Shown here: positions 26,501 to 40,800 of the stretch, piece by piece
Position numbering within the stretch: position 1 is the first letter of the stretch
Layout: each line of letters opens with the position of its first letter
The notes under the pieces: generated by a model
The model's input: the letters and a program-made list of their open reading frames with translations, nothing else
The model's database searches: none
What the model was told of the DNA's origin: nothing
DNA from: Phoronis australis
Lineage: Eukaryota > Animalia > Phoronida
Assembly: GCA_002633005.1 (NCBI GenBank)
Contig: NMRA01000346.1
Location: 180,116-244,115 of the forward strand
Reading direction: 5' to 3'
DNA length: 64,000 nucleotides
Translations under genes and position numbers: made by a program

Positions 26501-27809
26501 GATCTTAATCCAGTAAAAGTATATATTTTTTAAAATTAGTAGAATTTAGTTTTTGACTATTTTCACAATACGACATCAGTTGGGTCACGTGACCATGTCT
26601 TTTTTACTAAAATTTGTAAAAAGGGACGGTTCGTCGATAGCAAAACAACGGTACAAATAATATGACCAAATAATATCAATATTCAAGATGAAATCTCACA
26701 AAACACTATTACAGTTTTCTAAATTATCATTTCGTTTTCGTTTTATGCAACTTTTGATTTTTTTTTCATGAAAATCATAAAAGGCCATTTTTGATGGCCC
26801 TCAGTGGAACATTCTAAACACAATTATTAACAACGTTATTAACAGTGCACAAAGCAAGGCAACTAACGGTTTCATAAAAATTCCGTCAACCATTTCTGAC
26901 GTATTTTCCGAGGTTCAACAAATTTGGACATTTTTCTAGGGTTCTAAAAACCTAACTCGCGTAGTTTCCCGTATTCACTGTTTTGGTCACAGGGTGTCTC
27001 TGCTTTGGCGATTAAGCTGAATCTTAATTGCTGCGGTGATGACATATTGCTAATACCACCTCAGCTAATTAGCTCATTTCACGGTGAGTAATAAAGCAAA
27101 TTAACAATTACACGGTCTGCAGAATCTGAAATTAAGAGCTGTTTGCAACAATCTGGAAGAAATGTCTAACCATTCTGAGGGTTGTTTCACATCTTTTAGT
27201 GCCCCCTTTTTAGCCACACACTTGTTTCAGTAGGTTCCGGATCACAGTATAACGTGACTACTCTCACATTTCAGATGTAGGATAAACTGCACATTAAGTA
27301 CAGTTAACACGTTTTCTGCATCAATTACACAGTGCCTGGCTCAGGTATCTATTTTCAAAAACATACACATTTTTTCTTCTCTTTATTATTCTACCCAGAA
27401 TGCAATGGTCAGTGCAGCATCCATTCAAATCACTTTGCTACACCTAGCAAACAGCGCGTAGGCGTTAAGCAAAATACACAATCATTGTACGAGTACAATA
27501 GAGGTAGGCTAGGGGGAGATGAATGCTACAATAAAACTGTATTTACAAAGAAAGATGGGATGACATCAAAACGAGCTACACAGATGTGTCTGTCAGCAAA
27601 CGTCGCCAATAAAAAATTACGGTACGACCGACAGGCGTTCCTTAGGCGCAAGAGCTTGAAAAACTCCCGAGACATTACCATGCAGTACAAGCAAAGCACG
27701 TGATCACACTAGCTTCCATCTCGAGATTATTGCGTCAGCAAAACTCAGACCCAGATTGCATTGCGGGTAAAAACCATCTAGTTTCTGTGTGACATTAACA
27801 AATAAAACT

Positions 27810-27815
27810 TTTATT
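27810..27815 (-). terminator. Candidate poly(A) signal of Dop2R
   Basis: AATAAA on the - strand about 860 nt after the stop codon, followed by a T/G-rich tract. Confidence 0.35.
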
Positions 27816-28670
27816 CAAAAAATGACCAAATAAGACAAAATATCTACGTGCAAAACCTGTATCATAGACTTATCCTAGCCAATTTCCACGTATAAGTTGA
27901 GTCATGACGGACGAATGATTTTGCAATAGCAAAGACTGTGGCTGCATTTGACTTTATGGCGTCTGAGCAGCGTTCGAAATACACGCTGGGCCGGTTGCCA
28001 GGGCCAATGGATTTTCGGACGGGCTAGTAAACTTTCGCATATAGGCCCATGTGAATGTGGTCTCATATTCAAGTACATAAATTTGCTGAAGCTTGAACAA
28101 TGCGTCTCAGCCTGTTCAACCACCAATAACATCAGATCAGTTCCCGTTGATGGCTAGCAAACCAATAAGTGCTTCCTTCTGCACACCCATGCAATGGCAA
28201 AGTACTTACGGCGAGGAATCTTATGGAAAAGAAACAGTGAAGTATGTCCCATAATTCACCATTTCAATATCATTGGTCACTTCAGTGACCGCAAGTTTGC
28301 TTGGGTAAGTTTGCAAGCTCGATCCCAGCATACACGTGAAACACTCGCCTTTCACTAATGTGACTTTGTTTGACACTAGGTATAAGTGCTTTTAAGCGCG
28401 CCCCATCTCTTCGTCTTCCAGCTGCCCCAGTCGAAACCGCGCTTGCCATGTAAGCGGATCGAATGCAGCCCAATGTGCATGAGAAGTTTCTCCACTGCTT
28501 TCTGTGTGGTCATACAATAGTTTGCCAACGACATATATTGCAAACATCAGAGCTGTGCCTAAAACGAACGGAGTGTGGTGCATAATACACGCCTACATAT
28601 GCTTGACAATGTGCGTTGCTTCTTAACGCTCCACCAGAGGACGTTCTTGACTATTTAAAGGATGTGTCGA

Positions 28671-28897
28671 TTACTTGCACGGGTGCTGTAACAATTTCTT
28701 GAAAGCCTTTCTGAACTCCATGTTAAAGATAGTGTAGATGACAGGATTTAAGAAACTGTTGATGTATCCTAACCAGAGGAACGTCGACCCGAGCAATGGA
28801 TCGGGATTGCAAGCGGCTATCGTTAGGTTGTAGCGGATACAGAATGCATTGATGATGTTCATTGTGAAGAAGGGAACCCAGCAAAATAAAAAGCCTC
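28671..28897 (-). CDS. Dop2R: Dop2R coding exon 4 (TM6-TM7, C-tail)
   Basis: Acceptor cattcttttccag, [15 protein letters not shown]...[34 protein letters not shown], stop TAA. Confidence 0.93.
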
Positions 28898-31800
28898 CTG
28901 GAAAAGAATGAAGCGATTAGTAAGCATTAGGCCTATTGGTGATGGGAAAACAACGAGAATATGGTTTGAAACATCAGGCTTCATTTTATTCATGTCTTTG
29001 TGAACACAATCGAGGACAATTTGCAGTTTTTACGATGAAAAAGGCAAAAAGGAAGAAAAAAAAACATGGAAATGTGAAGTACGGTGCTATGGATACGAAG
29101 GCTTGTAAGGTACATGTATTAGCACCTGTGCCTTGTACTAACACGCTATCCAGAGTTGCAGTGAAAATCAGCTTATGTGTCTTCCTAACCAGTATCGCAA
29201 CAACAGCGTCGAATGTTGGTCGAAACACCCTCTTTCAAGGGCTGAAGGTGTTTTCTTTTTCAGTGTGAAGCGCATCGCTGACTACAGTGACGGTATAAAA
29301 GTACAAAGCTTCCTGGTTTGATACTCCATCAAGGCAATGGTATGAAAGCGTAACGCCATCTTCTAAGATCACATTCACAGGTTGCACACTTGTATGTTAA
29401 TCGAACATCCTATTTTAAACATACAACAACAATTTTCTTGTCACAGATAAAAATACAAACACCTGGTTTTCTCTGAGACACATTTTGCATGTTAGTTAGT
29501 GTTCCCCGGCCTGCATGCACTATCCATGAAGTAACAGGAAGTGACGTATATGGCCCAGCAAAAGGCCAACATCTTGGCTCTGCCGTCACTTCCATTAGCA
29601 AACACTAATGATATCCACTTAGTGTATTCAACAGCAACAATGATGTTGTTTCCTCAATGGACGGAAATACAGAATGAAGGTGAGGCCGGCCTATTATGGG
29701 TCTCACGTGACTTTGTACTGTCCCACGGACAGTAAATACACGCCAAGGGAACAGGTAACAAACACAGGCAACATACATGTACATGTATTTCCAATATAAC
29801 CAGAGTTGATTTCTCATTTAAAGAGAAAATCACCCGTTCTTCGGATTCACAGCCATGTTTTTCACATGTCCATGTTTAAGTTCGTCTTTTTTTCTCCTCG
29901 TTCCGAGGTAAATCATGCAAGTCAAATGCCTGATTCGTCTTTGTAGGTAAATGATTCCTGCCAAGGCCAGTGCTTGCTATTTCATGAGCAATCCAAGATA
30001 AATTGATACACAATTCTCCATTAGCCACCTGGCACGACACTGGGGCGTTCTAAAACATGTTTGGTAATAAGAGGCTGCTTGAATTGTCGTTATTTATGTT
30101 GCTTTGTTTGTCGTTGTTGCATTCACCGGCAAGACGAAGGCACATACATGTGCTTTTGTTCTTACCCCTTACAGTCATTTAAGCATATGCGCCTGGAGAT
30201 TTGTCGAAGAGAAAAACTGAAGAATGAACAACTGTTACACTGGAAAAAAGAACGAACAAGGCATTCACAAAAAATGGATGAGGTTGAAGTAGACAACTGG
30301 GCCCGTCAATGTACTAGGTGATAACGACGGAATAGGTGAAAACTTTAATGCCATAGAAAAACTCACCTAAAACTATCGCGAGTGTTTTTGTTGCCTTTTT
30401 TTCTCGGGAGTTCCGCAAGTCCTTCTTGGTCTTCTTGCCTCGTTTTGGCAGATGAAATTGGAATCTGAATTTCACGACAGTCTTCTGCTCACCCTTTTTT
30501 GGGTCAGCATACACAATAGTCTCTCCGGGCGTGTGGTGCCCGTTTCGTCCATTCTTATGAAAGAACCTAAAACCAAGGAACTTCCTCTTGTCTTCCTGTC
30601 CATCAGAGTTAGCATTCACGCAATTAAGGTTCGGAGAACTGACACATGAGTCTGACGTACACCCATTTTCCTTCAGTTTATTGTGTTCTTCACGCAATTT
30701 GAAGCTTTCTCGCCTCACCCAAATCTCCGATTCAATTGTTGGACTGCGGGCGAAGTCTGGCTCTTGTTCATCAGTCTGGTTTGAGGACCCTTCCTCGGCA
30801 ACATCGGCAAGTCCGTTCTTAAAGGGGATTTGACTAACAGCACCAATGGCCGTCACATCCGTATTACTGTCACTGGCTTTTGTCACAGCGCTGGTAATAT
30901 TGGACGACAGAGCAATTTTGTTTTTTGAAGCAAGATTTTTTTTCGATCGCTCGTGTATCACTTTGAATATCCTCCAATATAATATTATCATCACTATGCA
31001 GGGTATATAAAACGATCCTAGAGACGACCAGATGAGAAAATCCGAATTATAGAATATACAAAAATCCGGTGTCCTTTGAGGTGTCTTATTCGCACCTAGA
31101 GCTATTGGAGATCCAATTCCGATAGAGATAAGCCAGGTGATTGCTATGGTAATATAAACTCTTGTGTAGCTCTTGTGCCGGGAATATTTTATTGGCCTAG
31201 TCACAGCCATGAATCTGAAATCAACATGTATCAATTTAACATATTTTGTCACATTGTAATTAAGATCAAAGTAAAACATCCTTAAATTATGATTTGATGG
31301 GTGAAATACATGATAGCTAGGGACGAACCTCTTGATATTAGCGCAATAGCTCACTGTTAACATGGGCGGATCCACAATTTTTTTAGGGGGGCCAGGGCAG
31401 AGTATTAGCCAGGATTTTGCCCGTCCGAAGGCGCACCCCTGAACTGCCAAATGGAATCTGGGAGAGTTTTAGGGGGGCCATGGCCCCTTGGCCCCCATCT
31501 AAATCCGCCACTGGTTAACGTGGGTTTGTGCCAAAGGGCGAACAGTTTTGAAAGAATGTTTTGCGCCAGATGTACATGTACTGAGGCATACCCAAGGGTG
31601 AGCTGGTACCGATATGTTTACCATACATGAAGAAAACCTCTACCTGTCTACACTAATGGCAGCCAAATTCAAGATGGACGCTGTACAGAACACAACGTCA
31701 AACGCAACCCAAGCGTCACAAAGAGCATCATTATCCAACGTCCAGCGGCCATGCATGACCTGAAACGAATAAACATATCTTTCTCCTTAAATTATCTTCC

Positions 31801-34800
31801 AATAATTTTTATAGCGAAAATATGCAGACGTACCTGCCGTTCTAACGAAAAAAATCAAACAAACACACTCAAAGATATAGAAACAAATTCAGCCAAACGA
31901 ATAAACACAGAATTTGCAACCTAACTATGACATTGTGTAACTGGTCGCTGCGAAGATCTGAAATGCAACCGGTTCCAACCACACTATGACCCACATGTAC
32001 TCGCACTCCAGTACAACACTGAAAGTTCAAAATCAGTTCCCATTGATCGGATTCTGCGCCGGGTCTACTGTACGCAGTGAAAGTTGGCGCGTGAGCCGTC
32101 ACGAGCTACGCGTGTATGGGAATGGCAAAGAAATAACACAGGTTTCGAGAACGAGAGTTCATCAAGTAATGTTGATGGAACTCAAAAATGTCAATCGCCG
32201 TGTACCATTAATCTTCTTTACAAGATATTAAACAATACATTTATTTTAGTTTAACGACAAATTTGCTTTTTCGTCACCTCTTAATGAATTTGAACTAGTC
32301 AATAAACAATGCAGTTGTTGTCATTTGAAGTGTGAATTCATTATGAGGACACCCTGTGTATTGGTTATCAACATATGAATATGATATAATTGTATCTGAA
32401 ATTAGGAACACCACAATACTGACAAATCACTGCTAGACTACTAATGGAAACAGGATTGTTACATGAAGAACATGGATATTTGCTATATCCTTCGAAAGCT
32501 CGCCTTCCCTGGATATTTCAGAGATGGGTGTTTCCAAACATATTTTTTCCTGAAGCTCAGTTTTGTTGTATCCACGGAATTCACAAAATACACACAGTGG
32601 CTGCTAAATATGCTTATTGTTTCAAGTGCGTGTATATGGGAATACTTTTATATCCGGTACCAAGATCCCGCGTAAGATTTGGGGGAATTATCACCCAAGA
32701 GGCGTTAGCGTGACATTGTGTTAGACGTCGGTCATTCCAGCCACCAGATGGCGAGACCGTCTTGTCCACGACTCGGCTCACCTAGTAGTATCCACAGACG
32801 TCCTCAGCTTCTGATCGTCCCCAATACACTACATATAATACTACAAGGTATGACACTCCCGAGTGCTTCACTTCAGCCGTCCATAGCAAATATAAAACTC
32901 AATAAATTTACACAAAATTCAATAAATTTACACAAAACAAAGGTTCAACAAACCATGAAGAATTGTTCTTTCTCCCAATACCATTCACGGTGTCCTGTTC
33001 CGGCGACTTCGTAAAAAATTCGCAGTCAAAGAACAAAAATGCTCAAAAAAAGCCCCCACACACTTTCATCGTAGGCCGCTCGAGGTCAAGGACGTTACGG
33101 AAATTACCGGTTTGTCGCGTAAAGTCACGATGTCGATAACTCTACACTTAGCCGCCAGTAGAAAAACTATTGAGTACTTCAGTAACTCACCGGCAATTTC
33201 CGTACCGTCCTTGACCTCGAGCGGCCCACGATGAAAGTGTGTGGGGGCTTTTTGTGAACATTTTTGTTCTTTGACTGCGAATTTCTTACGAAGTCGCCGG
33301 AATAGGACACCGTGAATGGTATTGGGAGAAAAAACAATTCTTCATGGTTTGTTGAACCTCTGTTTTGTGTAAATTTATTGAGTTTTATATTTGCTATGGA
33401 CGGCTGAAGTGAAGCACCCGTGGAATTTCTAGTCGGGAGTGTCATACCTTGTAGTATTACGCATGTATTGTACTGGGGACGATCAGAAGCTGAGGAGGCC
33501 TGTGGTAGTATCAAACAACTATTGCTGTGAAATTTGACGACATTTCGTAAGTCCAATCAAAATAATTCAACTAAACGATTTACGAGAAAGGAAAACAGAA
33601 GAAGCTATCAAAAACCAAAATTGTCACTTGGCATTGCCTTTGATGTCCGAAATTGCAAGATAACGTCATGCTTTTTCATCTGATAATCCTGCATCTGGTT
33701 ACATGGGGAGGCTGACCAAATCAAAGTAAGATAATTCGCCAGTGCTGGCTTACAGAGACATCCCTGTATAGCACATTGGATCAAACTGCAGACATGAGTA
33801 TTTTCCATAGAGCATCGCAACATGCCCGTCACGTTTTCCCTCCAAATTGCTATCTCCCATAGGGAATATGAACAAAGGCTTGTGTAAGATGATAGGAAAT
33901 TTTCACTAAAACGCGCATTTATTTTGAAGTTCTTTTAAAGATTGGAAAACCACTTCAGAAAACCCACTTATTTCAATGTGAGACCAGTCGGGTATATTAA
34001 TATCAGAACAAAATTCAAAACACATAAGAACAATTAATTTACTAAGGCTGTTTTGTAAGCAAAGTACTATATACTATTACATAAATAAATAAATTGAACA
34101 GAAGATCACAGATATTCTTGGAAATTACAACGTACACGCAATGGAGTCAGGAAGAGGCCTACAGGCGCGGACGGCCTATCGACTCCCAGTATCTGTCTTT
34201 GAAGACGGGTACAATTAACGAGAGCTTGCAGAAGATTTGAAAATGTTCACCATCATGTTTTAGCCTAAATTAATAGATATTGAATACGACTACACCATAA
34301 AAAAGCGCAATAAACCCGTTCCTTCCTTCAAAAATTAACTGTTGTAAAATCGGGCGGTCTCATCTTGTAACTTTGGCAGGTTAGAAATTAATCCCCGGCC
34401 TGAGAAGAAAGGATATGGTCATGCAGAGTGTTTGTCACGGCGGGTTAGTCTTAGTTGCCACAGCTTGCGTCCGACAGAGGAATTCCACATAGTGTGATGT
34501 AACCAGTTTCTGTCCAAACATGAAACAATGACGCAATGTCGTAGCTTTATGGTGAAGCCACTTTATAACTATCTCTGTATAATGTACAGGTGGCTCTGAC
34601 GCGAACGTGCTTGNNNNNNNNNNNNNNNNNNNNNNNNNNNNNNNNNNNNNNNNNNNNNNNNNNNNNNNNNNNNNNNNNNNNNNNNNNNNNNNNNNNNNNN
34701 NNNNNNNNNNNNNNNNNNNNNNNNNNNNNNNNNNNNNNNNNNNNNNNNNNNNNNNNNNNNNNNNNNNNNNNNNNNNNNNNNNNNNNNNNNNNNNNNNNNN

Positions 34801-37800
34801 NNNNNNNNNNNNNNNNNNNNNNNNNNNNNNNNNNNNNNNNNNNNNNNNNNNNNNNNNNNNNNNNNNNNNNNNNNNNNNNNNNNNNNNNNNNNNNNNNNNN
34901 NNNNNNNNNNNNNNNNNNNNNNNNNNNNNNNNNNNNNNNNNNNNNNNNNNNNNNNNNNNNNNNCACGCGGTGATAAAATTAACGGCAACCAAAAAAGTGG
35001 AGTTGTAATTCTTCGCCAAAGTCAACTTAATTCTCAGAACTAAGCTTCATTAAAGATATGTATAGAAGTAGAAAGGACCAATGATGAAAGTAAGCGTTTT
35101 TTAAATGATAGTTTTAAGTGTATAGTGTATTTTTGACGAGGTGAAAACTCGAAATCGGTAACCCAAATCCGGTCACGGCCCGTTTAAAATACACTGGAGT
35201 AACGAAATGAGTACAGAAAGCGAATGGAAGTATTGTAGCCCCTACATGGCCAACCGAGGGGCTACGTGTTGCCTACTAGATGGCCCCGCGTTCGTTTGAA
35301 TGCGCTAAATTTCCCCTTACTCCCAGGTCTCCTAATGTTGTTTATCCATTTTTCACGAAGTTCTTGGTTTGCAGGGAACAGATACAAACTCAGATTTTTA
35401 TCTCTCTTGTTGTTTTTGAAGCAGCCAGGAACACAACAAGTGTATCCGCCGTAAGTTTTCTTCGCGCTCATACCGCGTAATATGCTTGTTACTATGGCCG
35501 CTTTCGGAATCCTGACCACAGCACCCACAATGCACCATTTTAACTAATTTCAATATGGCGTCGCTGCAAATCCGCTATTATCTCTGTATAATGTACAGGT
35601 GGCTCTGATGCGAACGTGCTGGAAAGTCGTTCTCAGAACATTCCCTAAATTAATTATGAAACGATTATTTGTTTTGAATGTGGTCTGAAATAAAACGCAC
35701 AACTAATGCTACTACTTTGAAGGAGCAAATACGCCTGAGAAAAAAGACGAAGCTTGTAATATCAGGCGAGCGTTACTTAGAGGCGAGATTCTCGCGAGAT
35801 ATCGCCATGTTTTATTGCAAGCGGAGCACGTGATCACACTAACTCTCTAGTGAGACCATTGCGTCTACGAAACTCTACCAAGAGCTTGGCTTGCTGTTCT
35901 GTATCACTCGTTAGCTTACAAAGTCCATGGAACAGGTCGAATAACTATTCTTACACTATAGTAAATCGCCAGCGTGGCTAATACTCGTGTTAGTCGTTTG
36001 CCGGGGCATATGTCGCACCGAATCACAGCATACAGTTTGTGGTACGGTCAGAAAGTGTAAGAGCTAAAGTTGCCATGCATGAATCTCTGAGGGAAAATAA
36101 TATCACAATAGGAGGTCAACGATGAAGTGTTGATGAAGTCAACTAAACTGAGTTTTGCATGTTATTTTAATTTTTCTGCGATGTCAATAAAATTAATCTG
36201 GACATGTGCGAGGAGTGTAAAACAAAATGGAAAGGTACCACCGCCAGACCGTGGACAGCGTCCTTAGTGCGTTGTTACGGAGACGGGGAATGAGATAAAG
36301 TTCCTCAAAGTAGCCATAGGAGTGGTGCGTGTATGTAATATCACAAGCTGTGGAGACCACAAACTCCTACAATCAACAAACTGCGACAGTAGACCAACGA
36401 AGCCCAAACAGTCGAAACTCTGAATTGCGGCATTTTGCGCAGAAATTCTAACCCCAAGCTGTCGTAACTTTGCATGGATATTTAATGGACGCACTGGAGT
36501 CTAAACCAGCTGCATGAATTAGTTCTGCACAGAAAACACTCGTTCGCATTGAACATGTCACTCTCCAGTATCACAGCAGACATCACTTCAGTGTCTTTGT
36601 ATTGAAGATATCCCTGTCAACATCGCGGTTTCCGCCAACTTTGCCAATCTGACAATTTGACATTCTTGTCTTTCGCTGCAGATTTCCTCCTCACCGTCGT
36701 CACTAGTGATGTCTTTCTCTTCAATCTCTTGTGCAGCAGGCAACTGATCTTATCCATCCAGCCACCCTGAGTTTCTTACTTTCTCGGTTGCTATACATCC
36801 ATTTTCATAGGTAGACAGTACCATCCATCCGACAAGACTACGAAAATTTGTTCCAATTGTCACTGCACCTACTGAGGTTTAATTGTATCGCTACAATTTG
36901 TGCTTCAAAGGCACGGACGAACTGTCGCGATCTGATCTGATCTCACGGGAAAGTTTCGACTGTTTGTGCTTCCAAGCCCTACACCAACTGTCGCAATTTG
37001 AGGATGGTCCAACAATGGCATAAGCATGGTGGAAGCGCAAGACACCCTGCTGTGGTCTCCATAGTAACAAGTGATGGCTTAGTCACGGCAGTTGTTTTGA
37101 GCATGTTGAAAACAAGCGCCGAGGTTCGGCGATCTGATCCGGAACGTGGTGAGGTCTTGAAGGTCGGTAGACAAATCGAACCTTACATTTCGTATAGCTG
37201 CAATGCCCAACGAAACAAAAACGTGTTCTTTTCATTACGAGATGAATCATTTGGCCTAACTTCTTCGTAATATTTATTTACCCACGGTTCTTTAGTTCCA
37301 ACGACAACCCTGACGTCAGTTTATGAGCTCAATGCAAATTGCGTCAACATGTCAGTCACAAACACACAGGATTTAGCTACGGAAACATGCTGAGTGTCTC
37401 ATCGACTGGAACTAACCTGCCTCCCGTTCAGTAACGCTAGGACCTCGCTAAAAGCAAGACTTCGCGAGATTACGTGAGATATTGCCGTGTATTTTAAATG
37501 AGAACACGTGACTTTGAATAGGTTTTAGCTAGGTCCTAACGTAGGTCCTAGCTTCTACTGAACGCACGCCTGGTTACGACATGGGGTCGAGGGCAAACAA
37601 TGGATCGCCTGTTCTGGATTTTAAGTGGAGATACCAAACTAGTAGTTTTTTATACTTCGAGACATCGAACTTTACGAAGGTAACTTGAATAGAATAGGTG
37701 AGAATTCCTCATAATGTAGGCATTCAACAGCAGTGTAAGGACAATTTCCGATCTCCAGAGGCTTAATTGAATTTTAATTATTTATCTTAACATATCTGGC

Positions 37801-40800
37801 ACTAATCTCCTCATTGCACGCACTCACTAACTGCTGCGAAAAGCACGCTGTTAGATCGAAGCAGAACATTGCAAACGTCTTCGAAAATCTTTAATTGACA
37901 AAACAGCGAAGTAAAAGCGCGCACAAGTGAGACCAACCGAGTACTGCGCCCGGTTGCATGAAACAGTCCTAAATAGGGACTCGGCTAAGTTCCCTACATC
38001 TACTTCTTTTTTGAGGGCTTGTGAAAACACTGATTGTCCTATCTTATGCTGTTTGAGTATCATTATTATGCCAATGTTTGGCTTTGATACAAATCGAGAG
38101 TGAAGTCTACATTGAATTCTCAATATTATTGAAAATAAGAAGGGATCTTTTCATACAGCGCCCCTAATTTAAGGACTGTGTCCCTAATTATTTTGATTGA
38201 ATTAAGGGCTAAGTTTTTAGTTATATGATTAGAAAATGTCATTAATCAAAGAAGAACTAATGATAAAGATGAAAATATAGAAAAATGTTACACCTGTGCC
38301 TAAAGAACGAAACAAATACGAAAAAGATTTAGGGAACTTAGTTGAGTCCCTATTTGGGACTGTTTCATGCAACCGGCCACTGGAACCCCGCTAGCGTAAG
38401 TTTGTCAGAGCGCAGCGGCATTGCCGGTGATCGCCGTTACCATACCCAGAGATCTCAAAAAAAAACAAAAACGGTGGAGGTGGAGAGCGCGGCGTGAGAA
38501 CGCATTGTGAGCGCACTGGTCGCGTTTATAACTTTTGGGACACTTTCTCTCATTGAGTTTGAATGCGACTTTGTAGATGTTCCTTGAGTTTGATGGCGAC
38601 TTTGTGCCTTTTGTGGTCGACGCACGGTCGACAACGCAGCAAGGGTGTTACACTGATAAGAGGTTATAAGCTAAGAACTGAATGCATGAACGTCGTTATC
38701 ATGAGGGTCTTTTTAAAATCTATCATATTTACCAACCCGTGAAATCTCGAACTCTCTAGAATTCACTGAATATTTCGGAAATTTTCATTTCTGACGGTCG
38801 AGCACAGAGAAAGGGGTAACAAAAATCGAGAAAAAAGTCCAGGCAACACTTTTAAATACCTAATACACCAGCTTATGTACGAAATTGTTCATACCTATAT
38901 CTATGAAATTCGGGGATTCCATCTTCGGCACTGCGGTTGTTTTTCAAATGCATTGTGGGAACGTTTTCTGGTCGTAAACATCCAGGGACACCACATATAA
39001 CTTGGTGAAGTGTACTATGACGGAGAACAACACACGGGTCCAATACAACACGATTTTGGTGCGAGTACAACAAAGTAACCATCATGGCAAAATAAGACCG
39101 AAAGCGAGCCTCAAATGCATTGAATAAATAAGCAGATCAGCAAGTCTTTTGTGAAAAAGAGTCTCAAGAAACAGGCTCACGGTGAAGTCAAATTTCCTCT
39201 AAAACCTACATGTAATATGTGAAACAGGCTACATACCCAAAAGTTGTTTGAGATCGACATCCGTCCCACATTGCATATGAGAAACGACAGCAGCGAAGTA
39301 TGAAATCCCCGAATTCACGGCTATCTCCAAGAAAATCATATTTTTTGAGTTTTAACATCAAACGCTTAGACGATGTTAATATGCCATTGAAAAGTTCCAA
39401 CATAAACAACTATCAGTTCGGTATTTCTTCATAGTTCAAAAGTATTTATTTCAAGCTTTCAACCTGAACAGTTGTTTCAAAACACGTATTTTTGGGATAA
39501 AATACGACAGACGTGTTTTTAATACAAATCAAACGTTAACTGTCCTGCGCCCTGTCAAAATATGGGGCGTGAACAGTACCCATCAGTGGCGGATTTAGAG
39601 GGGGGCCAAGAGGGCCATGGCACCCCTAAATAAAAACCCTGGATCCGCCCCTGCCCATGTTCTTGTACGGAAGAGTTGAAAACATTGTTGGTTTTTATGG
39701 AAGGTTTTAAAGTGGCGAGTGTGTTAGCTTGCACACTGATAGTGGAAATAATGATGTAACTAAAAACACAACAAAAAGACAAACAAAACAGAAATGCTGA
39801 CGGAAGCTTTGAGTCGCGTAAATTCAATTGCAAGATCGCATCACTTTAAAGATTTTTTCGAGACCAGCTATGTCGTTCTATAGGTAGTGATCTAGCTTTT
39901 TGGAGCTCTAATGAAATGCTAACAATTGTTTTGCGCACATTTACGTGTCGATAGATTTTGCCATTTTTGATTTGGTTTTGGTTTTGGGTTGTTTGGAACG
40001 AAAACCAGACAAGATTTTAGAGTTTTCACAAACGTTTGATTTTCTCTCTAATACTTTGAGTTCATTGTCACCTGAATAGAAGTGTTTCAGATTTTCTAGG
40101 ATTAAATTTCTGTGATTATTCCCAGAAAATGCAAAGGGGAGCGCCTCTGGGGTTTTTGTACCCGGATCTACATGGTTAGTTCATTATTCGATTCCCTGCT
40201 TGACATATCAAATCAGTTTACATTAAACTCCAACCGCATTATTTGTAAGGTACTTTGACGTGTACAACACGTACAAAAAGTGTTCATAACGACGACATAC
40301 AAACAACTACTATTAATCAAGGAATGTGAATCTACGTTTACACGATTAACGATTAAGTGTTATTTAGAAGTCTTCCCAGATTCGTGCCAATATAACTGAC
40401 AGTTCTACACACACTGGGTACATGGGCGTGATTTTCAAATAAGTTCGAACTCTGCGAATAACTCTCCTACATGGGCGGCGCACCACAGGGGGCTGGGGGC
40501 TATAGACAAATGTCTTAACTCACAGCCTGGTTAGCTTGACTTTTCACGGGCAGGTGTGCTACTTTTTCAGGTGAGTGAAAAGACCTGTGTGACTACAGGC
40601 AGACCGTTGTAAATTGCAGTGTGCTGCCAGTGACTGTCGTAGCAGGACATAGCATATCAGCCCATTCAGAGCAGACAATCTTTACCCCTCCCCTGGCACC
40701 AGGAGGGCGTTCTCTTAAACAGCGTTTTTTTCCATCAAGGTACATTTTTCGGAAAAGGTACAATTGTTTACTCACGTGCTGCAATCATATTTTCACAAAC

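Noticed and set aside
17902-27800. A second, alternatively spliced peptide exon (CT/CGRP-like arrangement)
   Set aside because: By eye I found no other phase-2 exon with a KR-C-xn-C pattern, though I cannot fully exclude one.
30314-31450. 378-aa ORF as a single-exon receptor
   Set aside because: The N-terminal ~79 codons are intron and MITE sequence. The real exon is 31214-30367.
34435-35025. ORFs spanning N runs (also 53508-53901)
   Set aside because: They are artefacts of assembly gaps.
36240-36263. RE1/NRSE-like site (cagaccgtggacagcgtcc)
   Set aside because: The left half-site is missing a base, and there is no evidence that this lineage uses REST.
36500-36800. Minus-strand CERVFSVQN resembling the hAT dimerisation motif
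   Set aside because: A single short motif among stop codons, with no TIRs found.
38873-39085. Possible third THAP remnant (CGVPGC, and HFT/AVP in another frame)
   Set aside because: The motifs are in inconsistent frames and order, so the evidence is too weak.
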